Positions 55,529-64,000 of a stretch of 64,000 nt of DNA are shown here, piece after piece. The DNA is from an uncultured Candidatus Saccharibacteria bacterium. GTDB taxonomy: Bacteria > Patescibacteriota > Minisyncoccia > UBA6257 > 2-01-FULL-56-20. The stretch covers positions 394 through 64,393 of the forward strand of contig CAZYEL010000001.1 of assembly GCA_964646415.1 (NCBI GenBank). The letters are read 5' to 3'. Position 1 is the stretch's first letter. Each line of letters starts with the position of its first letter. Under the pieces are notes generated by a model. It saw only the letters and a program-made list of their open reading frames with translations. It ran no database searches and had not been told where the DNA came from. The translations under genes and the position numbers were made by a program.

Positions 55529-57208
55529 ATGAATCAAGCTGTCCCCACGCCCCTAAACGAAGAACTTGAAAAACTGCGCCGCGAAGGCGAAGAGCGTGCG
55601 GCAAAACGCCTCGCAGAAGAGTTGGGGTATCCGTATGTGGACATCAGCAAAACCCCCGCGTCTTTCGAGGCGATTACCGCCGTTCCGGAGTTTCAAGCCC
55701 GGGGGGCTTTTTTGGCGGGACTTGAGCGTGGCGATCGGACGCTTGCAGTGGCGGTAGCCGATCCGCGTCTTCCCCCGACCATGAGACTTCTTGTCGAACT
55801 CAAGAAGGAATTTTCCGGGCTTAAAATAGTGATGGCATCGCGCTCGGGGATCTCCCAGCTATGGCACATGTACGCCTTTGCCGCAAAGGAGGCAAAGGGC
55901 ATCACGGGAAGGGTCGAGTTTGAGGAGCGGCTTGCGGAGCTTACGCAGAAGCTCATAAGTTTCCATGCGGCGAAGGAAACGTTTGACGGTCTCGATTTCA
56001 CAAAGACGAGCACGACGGAGCTCCTTGAAATGCTTCTTGCGGGGGCTTTTGCAAACGACGCCTCCGACGTGCATTGCGAAGCAGAAGAGAAATATGCGAA
56101 GTTCCGTCTACGCATCGACGGTCGTCTCCACGACGTGGCGACTACGGTCCCCATAAAAAATTACGAGTCCCTCCTCGCGCGCTTCAAGCTTCTTGCGGGG
56201 ATGAAGATGAACGTTCGCGACGAAGCGCAAGATGGGAGGTTCGCCGTGCGCACGGCGAAGGATAGGGAAATAGAAATTCGCGTTTCGATTGTCCCCTCCG
56301 AATTCGGCGAGACGGTGGTGATGCGGCTTCTTGATCCCAAAGCCATCAATCTGAAGTTCGCGGACCTTGGGCTTCGAGACGATGACCTCGCTATTGTAAG
56401 CGCCGAACTTGCGAGGCCGAACGGCCTTATTCTGAATACCGGCCCCACCGGTTCCGGGAAAACCACCACGCTGTACACGTTTCTGCGGAAGCTGAACGAC
56501 CCCGAGGTGAAGGTTATTACCGTCGAGGACCCGATCGAGTATCAGGTGGAGGGCATTGAACAGACGCAGGTGGATGTCGAGGCGGGGTACACCTTCGCGA
56601 GTGGACTGCGCGCGATTGTGCGGCAGGACCCCGATGTGATTCTTGTGGGAGAAATCCGCGACATGGAAACTGCGGACATCGCGCTTCAGGCTGCGCTTAC
56701 CGGCCACCTCGTACTCTCGACTTTGCACACGAACGACGCGGTGGGCGCGGTGCCGAGGCTCACCAATCTCGGCATAAAACCCGCAACGATAGGGGCGGCA
56801 ATGTCGCTCGTAATTGCGCAGCGCCTTGTACGGAAGCTTTGCGCGGCGTGCAGGAAGGAAGTCCCTATTGCGCCGGAGATGGAGCGGCAGATTCAGTCAT
56901 TTCTCAAAAAAATTCCCGCGCGGGTGGATCGTAAGGGATACGAGTACCCCACGATTTTTGAGCCCGTCGGGTGCGACGCGTGCAATCACTTCGGTTACAA
57001 AGGGCGCGTCGGGATTTTCGAGTTTTTCCGCGGAGGACCGGAACTTGAAGAAGCGATTCTTCGGGAAGTTGCGGAAACGGTGCTCACGCAGCTTGCGGCG
57101 AAGCAGGGAATGGTGACTATGCAGGAGGATGGCGTCTTGAAGGCTTTCTGTGGTATCACTAGTTTGAAGGAGGTGGAGGAAGTGACGGGCCCTTTGAAAT
57201 GGGGATAG
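55529..57208 (+). CDS. pilB: GspE/PilB-family type IV pilus/type II secretion assembly ATPase
   Basis: Walker A 'GPTGSGKTTTLY', Asp box, Walker B 'ILVGEIRD', His box 'GHLVLSTLHTN' and a tetracysteine 'CAAC...CDAC'. Confidence 0.85.
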   Translation: MNQAVPTPLNEELEKLRREGEERAAKRLAEELGYPYVDISKTPASFEAITAVPEFQARGAFLAGLERGDRTLAVAVADPRLPPTMRLLVELKKEFSGLKIVMASRSGISQLWHMYAFAAKEAKGITGRVEFEERLAELTQKLISFHAAKETFDGLDFTKTSTTELLEMLLAGAFANDASDVHCEAEEKYAKFRLRIDGRLHDVATTVPIKNYESLLARFKLLAGMKMNVRDEAQDGRFAVRTAKDREIEIRVSIVPSEFGETVVMRLLDPKAINLKFADLGLRDDDLAIVSAELARPNGLILNTGPTGSGKTTTLYTFLRKLNDPEVKVITVEDPIEYQVEGIEQTQVDVEAGYTFASGLRAIVRQDPDVILVGEIRDMETADIALQAALTGHLVLSTLHTNDAVGAVPRLTNLGIKPATIGAAMSLVIAQRLVRKLCAACRKEVPIAPEMERQIQSFLKKIPARVDRKGYEYPTIFEPVGCDACNHFGYKGRVGIFEFFRGGPELEEAILREVAETVLTQLAAKQGMVTMQEDGVLKAFCGITSLKEVEEVTGPLKWG

Positions 57209-57242
57209 CCCCGGATGCGGGGTTACTTGAGGGAACAGTCGA

Positions 57243-57390
57243 CTGAGATCTGAGGGCATAATCCGACTTGCGTCGGACGATGGGTCTGTCCGGTTTACAC
57301 CGGGCAGGATAGAATTACTTCGAGGAGAAGCTTCGCCGAAGCCAAGCTGTCCTGAAAAATTTAGAAATAATTCCAGCCCTCAGATCTCAG
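57243..57390 (+). ncRNA. candidate structured RNA closed by 15-bp long-range stem (function unknown)
   Basis: 'gactgagatctgagggc' (57241-57257) pairs with 'gccctcagatctcag' (57376-57390). Internal hairpins 'ccgacttgcgtcgg' and 'gtccggtttacaccgggc'. No ORF. Lies in the pilB-ruvB spacer. Confidence 0.3.
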
Positions 57391-57435
57391 GCGAGTGTCA
57401 TTACGGTGCGGAGATGGTAGCATAAAAAATATTTA

Positions 57436-58449
57436 TTGTCAAGTATGTCAAGCATACCTCCCCGGAAGCTCAAAAACGACGATGGAGCGGCTGACCAGGC
57501 GCTCCGCCCCACCACGTGGGATACGTACGTAGGGCAGAAACGGGTGAAAGACAATTTAAAGATTCTTATTGAGGCCGCAAAGCGACGGGGAGAGGCGGCG
57601 GACCACCTTCTTTTCTCCGGACCCGCTGGTTTGGGGAAAACGACGCTTGCCCACCTTGTTGCGCGTGAGCTTGGGAGCCCCGTCAAAATAACTTCGGGCC
57701 CCGCGATTGAGAAAATGGGCGACCTTGCAGCGATTTTGACCAATCTCGAGTCCGGCGAGGTACTCTTCATCGACGAAGCGCATCGCATCAACCGGATGAT
57801 CGAAGAAGTGCTCTATCCCGCGATGGAGATGCGCAAGCTTCATGTAGTGGTGGGGAAAGGTCCCTCTGCGCGCACGCTCACGCTTGATCTTCCCGCCTTC
57901 ACTCTCATAGCTGCGACTACGCGCGAGAACTTGCTTTCGCAGCCCTTGCGGTCGCGCTTTGGCGCCACGTTCCGGTTGGAGTATTACCGGGCTTCCGATA
58001 TCGCCCGGATTCTCGAGCGTTCTGCGGGAATACTTAATATGGCGATTGATGCGGAAGGAATCAATGTGCTTGCGCGTGCATCGCGCGGCACGCCGCGGGT
58101 CGCGAACCGGCTTCTCCGCCGCGCCAGGGATTATGCGGAGGTGCACGGAAAAACGGTGATTGATAAGGAGGTGAGTCAGGGCACTCTCGGGCTTCTCGAA
58201 GTGGATGAACTGGGACTCGAGCCGCAGGACAGGAAGCTGCTTCAGATTATCATCACGAAGTTCGGCGGCGGACCGGTGGGAGTAGGGACGCTTGCGGCGG
58301 CGTTAAACGAAGAGCGTGGCGTGATTGAGGACATTTATGAGCCGTATCTTATGGCATTGGGATTCTTGCAGCGCTCGGCGGCGGGGCGCATTGTGTTGCC
58401 CCCCGCGTATGACCACCTCGGAGTCGCGCGGCGCGGCGATTTGTTGTAA
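57436..58449 (+). CDS. ruvB: Holliday junction branch migration helicase RuvB
   Basis: Walker A 'GPAGLGKTTLA', 'LFIDEAHR', sensor 2 'RGTPRVANRLL' and a winged-helix C-terminus. Confidence 0.95.
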   Translation: MSSMSSIPPRKLKNDDGAADQALRPTTWDTYVGQKRVKDNLKILIEAAKRRGEAADHLLFSGPAGLGKTTLAHLVARELGSPVKITSGPAIEKMGDLAAILTNLESGEVLFIDEAHRINRMIEEVLYPAMEMRKLHVVVGKGPSARTLTLDLPAFTLIAATTRENLLSQPLRSRFGATFRLEYYRASDIARILERSAGILNMAIDAEGINVLARASRGTPRVANRLLRRARDYAEVHGKTVIDKEVSQGTLGLLEVDELGLEPQDRKLLQIIITKFGGGPVGVGTLAAALNEERGVIEDIYEPYLMALGFLQRSAAGRIVLPPAYDHLGVARRGDLL

Positions 58450-58452
58450 CGT

Positions 58453-58896
58453 ATGCGCTCCATCAGCACTTCCCCTCGGGAGACGGAGCGCCTCGGGTTT
58501 GAACTTGCGCGGCGCCTGAAGAGAAGGCGGCGCGGCGCGGCGATTATTGCTCTTGAGGGCTCTTTGGGTGCGGGGAAAACGACTTTTGTGCGCGGCGCGC
58601 TTCGTGCGCTCGGCGTGCGGCGCCGCGTGACAAGCCCCACTTTTATACTCGTGAAGCGTGTCGCGATTTCTTCTCCGCGTCGCAGGGAGTTTTCTTTTGC
58701 GTATCATGCCGACCTCTACCGAATTCGCAGTATGCATGCCGCGCGGGCGCTGGAACTTCGGGATATTCTGGACAATCCCCAAAACGCGGTATTTATTGAA
58801 TGGGCGGGGAACGCGCCCCGGCTTCTCCCGCGGCATACGGTGCGTGTGTTGTTCGAGCATGGGGCGAGCGAGAAGGAGCGATGGATCACTATCTAG
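58453..58896 (+). CDS. tsaE: tRNA threonylcarbamoyladenosine biosynthesis protein TsaE (YjeE)
   Basis: P-loop 'LEGSLGAGKTTFVRG' and 'SPTFILV'. Confidence 0.75.
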   Translation: MRSISTSPRETERLGFELARRLKRRRRGAAIIALEGSLGAGKTTFVRGALRALGVRRRVTSPTFILVKRVAISSPRRREFSFAYHADLYRIRSMHAARALELRDILDNPQNAVFIEWAGNAPRLLPRHTVRVLFEHGASEKERWITI

Positions 58897-58897
58897 C

Positions 58898-61411
58898 ATG
58901 AACAACGCAAAAAAAGACGACATATTTCTGATTGACGCGAATTCGCTCATCCACCGGGCGTTTCATGCGTTGCCGCCTTTAACCTCACCCGACGGCGCGC
59001 CGGTGCAAGCGCTCTACGGCGTGGCAAGCATTCTTTTAAAGTTATGGAAGGAAGAGAAGCTGCGGTACGCGGCGGCGCTCTTCGATCGTCCGGAGCCCAC
59101 GTTCCGGAAGGAATGGTACGAGGCGTATAAAGCGCAGCGCGCGAAAGCGCCCGATGAACTGGTTTCGCAGCTCATCGAAGCCCACCGGCTCTTTGAAGTG
59201 TTTGGCATACCGGTTTTCGAAGCTCCCGGGTGGGAAGCGGACGACCTGATTGCCACGCTCGCACGCCGATTCGGAAACGCTTCGGATGCGCGAGTGGTGA
59301 TTCTGACAGGCGACCTCGATACGCTCCAGCTTGTCGAGGACGACCACGTCGTGGTGAGGGCTTTGAAAACCGGGATCAGCGACACCGTGCTCTATGACGA
59401 AGCGGCGGTCAAGGCCCGGTATGGGTTGGCGCCGCGCCAGTTGATTGATTACAAGGCGCTTGTGGGCGACGCGTCGGACAACGTAAAAGGAGTGCCAGGG
59501 GTGGGGCCGAAGACCGCCGCCCAGCTTCTCCAAAAGTTCGGGACGCTTGAGAAGTTTTATGCTGCCGCATCAAGCGATGAAAGACTCGCGAAGAAGGTTT
59601 TGCCGCACCGCGACGCGGCAGCGCTTGCGAAGATTCTCGTTACTCTCCGGGACGATGCGCCTCTTATTCCCACGCCGCGGGAAGCGCTTGCGGTGCCGCC
59701 CACGGCGGATGGCGCCCGCGCGTATTTCGAAAAATTCGGTTTCCGCGCGCTCATAAAAAGGATGGGAGGGGAAATCTCCGCGGCTCTTCCTGCGGTGGAA
59801 ACAATTGCGACTAATAAAAAGGACGTGCCCGCCGTAGCCTTGCCCGCCCATCGTAGCTTTGGCGAAGCGAAGGCGCTTCCCGCGCACGCAGTGGTACGGG
59901 ACGATGCGGCGCGCCCGTTCCCTTCGGGAGATGTGGTTAAAGTGGGATTTGGCATAAAAAATATTCTGAAGCGCGCGTGGCGAGCGGAGAAAGATTTGCC
60001 GCCTCCCTATTGGGATCTGGGTGTGGCGGCGTGGCTCCTTGACCCCGATTCTCACGCGCAAGAACCCGCACAGATATTCCAAAGGCTTGCACATGCTGCA
60101 TGGGGCGGCTCCGACGCACACCATGAAGCGCTCTTTGCGCATGAGCATCGGGCACTTGCCGAGGCGGGGCTCCTCGACGTCTTCCGCGAGCTCGAGATGC
60201 CGCTCCTTCGGGTGCTCGGAGAAATGGAGCAAACGGGAATTATTCTCTCCCGTGAGCAGCTTGCCACGCTTCTCGCGAAGACCGACGATCACTTGGCGCT
60301 CCTTGAGCGGGGGATATTCCGGCTCGCCGGGGAGGAATTCAATCTGAACTCGCCTCGGGAGGTAGGGAAGATTCTTTTTGAAAAGCTCGGTATCCACGGC
60401 GCGCAAATGAAAACCCCCGGCGGGAAACGCTCCACGCGGGAAGAAGCGCTTCTCTCTCTTGCGGACGGGCACCCGATTGTGAAATCGATTCTCGAGCATC
60501 GCGAGTTTTTCAAAATCCGCTCAACCTACCTCGCGCCACTTCTCGCGCGCATCGAGAAAGACGGCCGCGTGCGGACGGAATTTCTCCAGACTGGAGCCGC
60601 GACGGGGCGGTTGAGTTCGCAGGCGCCAAACCTTCAAAACATTCCGCAGAACTTCATCTGGGCAAAAGAATTGCGCGCGGCATTCGTGGCGCCCGCGGAC
60701 TGGTCGTTCCTCACCCTCGATTACACGCAGCTCGAGCTTCGCATCCTAGCCGCGGTTTCGGGGGACCCCGAGCTCATCGGTGCCTGCGCGCGTGGTGAAG
60801 ACCTCCACCGCCTTACCGCCTCGCGCGCGCTCGGCATTCCCCTGGAGAATGTGGGGGATAAAGAGCGCCGGCTTGCGAAGACGCTGAACTTCGGATTGGC
60901 GTACGGGATGGGCGCGCGCGCATTCGCGCAGGCTGCGGGAATCAGCGGGGAAGAAGCGAAGCGTTTCATCGCCCGGTATTTTAAGACGTTCACGCATGTG
61001 AAGGAGTGGCAGGAATCCGTGAAGGCGGAGGCGCGGGCCACGGGGTTTGTGCAGACGTTTTCTGGCAGGCGCCGCTACCTTCCCGCGATTCTTTCTCCTG
61101 CGCCGCAGTTCCGCGCGGAGGCGGAACGGGCGGCAATCAATCACCCCATTCAGGGGCTTGGCGCCGACATTATGAAACGGGCGATGATTGGTATGCGGGA
61201 GGAATTCCGCGCGCGCGGGTGGGATGAAACGGCGCACCTCCTGCTCTCCATTCATGATGAATTGTTGCTCGAAGTGCGCGATGATATGATGGAGGCAATC
61301 GCGCCCCGCGCGCGGGCAATTATGGAGCAGGCATATCCGCTTAAAGTGCCGCTCACCGTGAAGGTGGCGGCGGGGAAGGACTGGGGGCATTTAACGCCAG
61401 TCAATGGTTGA
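58898..61411 (+). CDS. polA: DNA polymerase I (5'-3' exonuclease + polymerase domains; start MNNAKKDD)
   Basis: 5' nuclease 'LIDANSLIHRAFHAL'. Pol A motifs 'DYTQLELRILA', 'RRLAKTLNFGLAYGM' and 'IHDELLLEV'. Confidence 0.9.
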   Translation: MNNAKKDDIFLIDANSLIHRAFHALPPLTSPDGAPVQALYGVASILLKLWKEEKLRYAAALFDRPEPTFRKEWYEAYKAQRAKAPDELVSQLIEAHRLFEVFGIPVFEAPGWEADDLIATLARRFGNASDARVVILTGDLDTLQLVEDDHVVVRALKTGISDTVLYDEAAVKARYGLAPRQLIDYKALVGDASDNVKGVPGVGPKTAAQLLQKFGTLEKFYAAASSDERLAKKVLPHRDAAALAKILVTLRDDAPLIPTPREALAVPPTADGARAYFEKFGFRALIKRMGGEISAALPAVETIATNKKDVPAVALPAHRSFGEAKALPAHAVVRDDAARPFPSGDVVKVGFGIKNILKRAWRAEKDLPPPYWDLGVAAWLLDPDSHAQEPAQIFQRLAHAAWGGSDAHHEALFAHEHRALAEAGLLDVFRELEMPLLRVLGEMEQTGIILSREQLATLLAKTDDHLALLERGIFRLAGEEFNLNSPREVGKILFEKLGIHGAQMKTPGGKRSTREEALLSLADGHPIVKSILEHREFFKIRSTYLAPLLARIEKDGRVRTEFLQTGAATGRLSSQAPNLQNIPQNFIWAKELRAAFVAPADWSFLTLDYTQLELRILAAVSGDPELIGACARGEDLHRLTASRALGIPLENVGDKERRLAKTLNFGLAYGMGARAFAQAAGISGEEAKRFIARYFKTFTHVKEWQESVKAEARATGFVQTFSGRRRYLPAILSPAPQFRAEAERAAINHPIQGLGADIMKRAMIGMREEFRARGWDETAHLLLSIHDELLLEVRDDMMEAIAPRARAIMEQAYPLKVPLTVKVAAGKDWGHLTPVNG

Positions 61412-61514
61412 AGGTCATAGAGGCGGGTATAGTCATCGGTAAAATGTCTTTGGCACGCAGGCTCTACGACCACCAACTCATTTCCAAACCCGCTTCCAAG
61501 ACGTATAACCAATT

Positions 61515-62855
61515 ATGGATATTCAACAACGAAAAACTGAACAGGCAGCTCCTCCGGCAGAGAGCCGTCTCAAACTTGTGTGGCTCGGGTGTGTGCCGCT
61601 TGCTGTGGCGATTGTGATTGGTGGTTTTTTTCTCCCCATATTCCTTCTCCTTGCGCAGGCGGTCTTGCTTGTGGGAGCCGCGCTTATCATGGCGCGGGGA
61701 GTGGGCGAGGGAGGGGCATCAGCAGCGCCCGCGGCGCAGGAATTCTCGCCAAACGCATTCCGCATGGTGCTTGAGCGGCTAGGCGACGCGCTCTTCGTCT
61801 ACGACAAGGATTTCAAGGTGACCTTCTGGAATCCGGCGGCGGAGCGCGTGTTCAGCCTTCCCTCCGCGGAAGTGCTGGGGCGGGCGCTTACGCCGCAGGA
61901 CGCGGAAAATCCGCGGCGGCGGCTCTTGGCGCAGGTGGCGTTTCCTTCGCTTGCCCCGGGAATGGTTGCGCGCTCGGAGGCGGGCGCGTACCCCCAAGTG
62001 ACCGACCTCTCTTTCACCGACCCCTTCCTTGAACTCCGCGTCACCTCACTTTCTTTGGGAGCCGATGTGGCGGGCATGCCCCTAGGATTTGCGAAAGTCA
62101 TCCGCGACCGCACGCGCGAGATGAGTTTGATGAAATCCAAAAACGAGTTTGTGACCATCGCTTCGCACCAGCTGCGGACGCCCGTGACCGGACTCCATTG
62201 GGCGCTCGAATCGCTCCGCAAGACGGAAGGGCTCGACGCAACCACAAAGATGCTTGTGGACGGCTCATTCACGCAGTCCGAAATTCTTTTGAGAATCATC
62301 GACGACCTTCTGGGCATTGCGAAAATCGAGGAGGGGCGGTTTGGATATGCCTTCGCGAGTACGGACCTCGTGGAATTTCTGAATAAAATTCTGGGGCAGA
62401 TTTTTCCCATCGCGCAGCATGCGAGTGTTTCGCTCTATTTCGACAAGCCTGCCGAGAAGCTCCCGCCCGTCATCGCCGACCCGCAGAAGCTCGCGATGGT
62501 GGTCTCGAACCTCGTCGAGAATGCTATTCGCTACAACGTGAAGAACGGGAGTGTGACGGTGGGACTGAAGCACGCCGCCGAGGGACCGTTTGTGGAAGTG
62601 ACGGTGAAAGACACCGGCATCGGGATTTCTCCGGAGGATGTGAAACGGCTTTTCACGAAGTTCTTCCGTGCGGAAAACGCGGTGAAGCTCCAGACGGAGG
62701 GGAGCGGCCTCGGTCTCTACATCGTGCGGAACATTATTCAGGCGCACGGGGGAACGATTTGGGCGGAGTCCGAGCGCGAACGGGGGACGACATTCCACTT
62801 TACGCTTGCGACCGACCCGAACAGGGTGCCGCGGCACGAGGTGCCGTTGGGGTAG
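61515..62855 (+). CDS. PAS-domain sensor histidine kinase
   Basis: Two N-terminal TM helices, a PAS domain, H-box 'FVTIASHQLRTPVTG' and HATPase 'GSGLGLYIVRNIIQAHGG'. Confidence 0.8.
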   Translation: MDIQQRKTEQAAPPAESRLKLVWLGCVPLAVAIVIGGFFLPIFLLLAQAVLLVGAALIMARGVGEGGASAAPAAQEFSPNAFRMVLERLGDALFVYDKDFKVTFWNPAAERVFSLPSAEVLGRALTPQDAENPRRRLLAQVAFPSLAPGMVARSEAGAYPQVTDLSFTDPFLELRVTSLSLGADVAGMPLGFAKVIRDRTREMSLMKSKNEFVTIASHQLRTPVTGLHWALESLRKTEGLDATTKMLVDGSFTQSEILLRIIDDLLGIAKIEEGRFGYAFASTDLVEFLNKILGQIFPIAQHASVSLYFDKPAEKLPPVIADPQKLAMVVSNLVENAIRYNVKNGSVTVGLKHAAEGPFVEVTVKDTGIGISPEDVKRLFTKFFRAENAVKLQTEGSGLGLYIVRNIIQAHGGTIWAESERERGTTFHFTLATDPNRVPRHEVPLG

Positions 62856-63098
62856 AAAATAGAACCTAGTAAAGTGGTAGGAGATACACTCGTGCCATTC
62901 ATTTAGGCATGAGTGTGAAGTAGCTCCAATCGTAATTAAAATTAAGCGTCAAGGCTTCCTTTAGAAATGGCTTCTCAAGTGCGCAATCGTATAAAGATTC
63001 GTAGACCACTCTGTTTTTCATAAGCCCGTTTAAAACTAATACTGGCTGCCCTTCACCTAATAAATTGCACCTCCCTTTTTCTTGTGGAGAAATGGTAG

Positions 63099-63611
63099 TT
63101 ATTTTGGAGAGTCAGTGCCTATAGCGATGCCGATCCTTACAGCAACTTTTGTGTGGTAGCCATCGTCCAACTTCTGATTCACTGGCGTAAAAGCTACAAA
63201 CTCAAGCTTGGGATCCGGAGTTCTGTCATCTACTAATTCTGACCGCAAATACTCTACCTCAAGGCTTGAGCTTGGGTTAGTATTTTTTTGGGGCGAAGTT
63301 GTGTCTGCTCCATTCACCGTCACATTCACAGCGAGTTGGGAATTTTCAAGCGAAACTTTTCCTACCACCATACCCACTACGCCCTCATTTAGCGTGCTCT
63401 CGCTTGTGCCTGCGCTCTTAGCTTCTTGCGTTTGTGGTGCCTTCCCTAATTCTGGGGCCAGACCACTTCCTAAGTTGTAGAAAAAACCCGCAAAAAAGAT
63501 TCCTGAAGCAATAAATAACCCGATAAAGATTGTTTTACGAGGGCTCCGGCGTATCGCCGCGATTGCTTTATCATAGGACCTCTCAGTGGAACTGAATTTG
63601 TCCTCACTCAT
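63099..63611 (-). CDS. hypothetical membrane-anchored protein in low-GC segment
   Basis: 170 aa with one TM helix and a Ser/Thr/Asn-rich ectodomain. GC is markedly lower than the neighbouring sequence. Confidence 0.35.
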   Translation of the reverse strand: MSEDKFSSTERSYDKAIAAIRRSPRKTIFIGLFIASGIFFAGFFYNLGSGLAPELGKAPQTQEAKSAGTSESTLNEGVVGMVVGKVSLENSQLAVNVTVNGADTTSPQKNTNPSSSLEVEYLRSELVDDRTPDPKLEFVAFTPVNQKLDDGYHTKVAVRIGIAIGTDSPK

Positions 63612-63706
63612 ATATTTTATTGTATCACCTCCTTACTTAGCTCTATAGCATACAGGGAAAAATAAAAACTTGCGTTCTTTTTCTAAATGACGACAATATA
63701 TGCATT

Positions 63707-64000
63707 ATGGCAGCGGGGAAGAAACAAAATAAGAAATACATTTTTGTAGTCGGGGGCGTTATGTCCTCTGTGGGAAAAGGAGTCGCCGCAGCTTCCATCG
63801 GAAAAATCTTGCAGTCTCGAGGATATCGCGTGGCGAATTTGAAGGCCGACATGTATGTGAATGTGGATGCGGGCACCATCCGCCCCGCCGAGCACGGGGA
63901 AGTGTTTGTGGGCGAAGATGGTGTGGAAGCTGACCAGGACTTGGGTAACTACGAGCGGTTTACTGACCAGGTTTCCACCCGGGAGGATTACATCACGACC
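63707..64000 (+). CDS. pyrG: CTP synthase, N-terminal fragment (3' partial at window edge)
   Basis: Manual translation gives [85 protein letters not shown], the PyrG N-terminal consensus. Confidence 0.8.
   Translation, partial: MAAGKKQNKKYIFVVGGVMSSVGKGVAAASIGKILQSRGYRVANLKADMYVNVDAGTIRPAEHGEVFVGEDGVEADQDLGNYERFTDQVSTREDYITT

Noticed and set aside
59570-61390. Minus-strand ORFs 59570..60499 and 60746..61390
   Set aside because: They are antisense to polA and have low-complexity basic translations.
1-64000. tmRNA, SRP RNA or rRNA genes
   Set aside because: No tRNA-like 3' domain with GGTTCGA-type T-loop was seen outside the seven annotated tRNAs. No SRP domain IV motif (GGAAGCAGCCAAGG-like) was seen. 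No rRNA-like stretches were seen.

Overview
This 64-kb window is compact, high-GC (~58%) bacterial chromosomal DNA with core housekeeping genes around the replication origin. The origin region reads rpmH-rnpA-yidC-jag (minus strand), then dnaA-dnaN (plus), and the dnaA-dnaN spacer is rich in DnaA boxes. Recognised genes are gyrA, rpsA (S1), folD, glyA, dcd, ftsH, tyrS, clpP, hppA, nusA, comM, uvrD/pcrA, rsmA, PBP1A, ruvC, yebC, pilB, ruvB, tsaE, polA, a PAS histidine kinase and the start of pyrG. There are seven tRNA genes. tRNA-Phe(GAA) is interrupted by a 228-nt group I intron with recognisable R/S core elements. tRNA-Ile carries the unusual anticodon UAU. Three LAGLIDADG-type genes are present. 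Two are HTH-LAGLIDADG paralogs, each 15-20 nt upstream of a tRNA gene. The third is a canonical single-motif homing endonuclease in an AT-rich island. The largest accessory feature is a ~14-kb co-directional, translationally coupled operon (32757-46684). It encodes a VirB4/TrbE-family ATPase split by an in-frame TAG inside a perfect 16-nt palindrome, a VirB6/TrbL-like polytopic membrane protein, a VirB3/PrgI-like protein, a VirB2-like pilin-like protein and several large secreted or proline-rich proteins of unknown function. No VirD4, VirB11 or relaxase is present. This T4SS-like system is interrupted by a four-helix-bundle (23S-IVS/Avd-like family) gene flanked by imperfect inverted repeats. 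Those repeats belong to an AT-rich 'TTGGAATTT'-containing repeat family with at least one more copy (20824-20940). Other notable structures follow. A VapBC module is bracketed by ~50-bp direct repeats that contain palindromes. An identical 31-nt (GCGACAA)n heptanucleotide microsatellite lies in frame inside both gyrA and uvrD, with a degenerate third copy. There is a TAGTAGGTAG-type inverted-repeat element. Long-range inverted repeats form candidate structured RNAs (yidC-jag spacer and pilB-ruvB spacer). Gene style points to an ultra-small-genome (CPR/Patescibacteria-like) organism: a short S1, LAGLIDADG genes, the tRNA intron, a minimal VirB4/VirB6 set, an orphan PilB, and 2-10 bp gene spacings. 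This lineage call is inference only.
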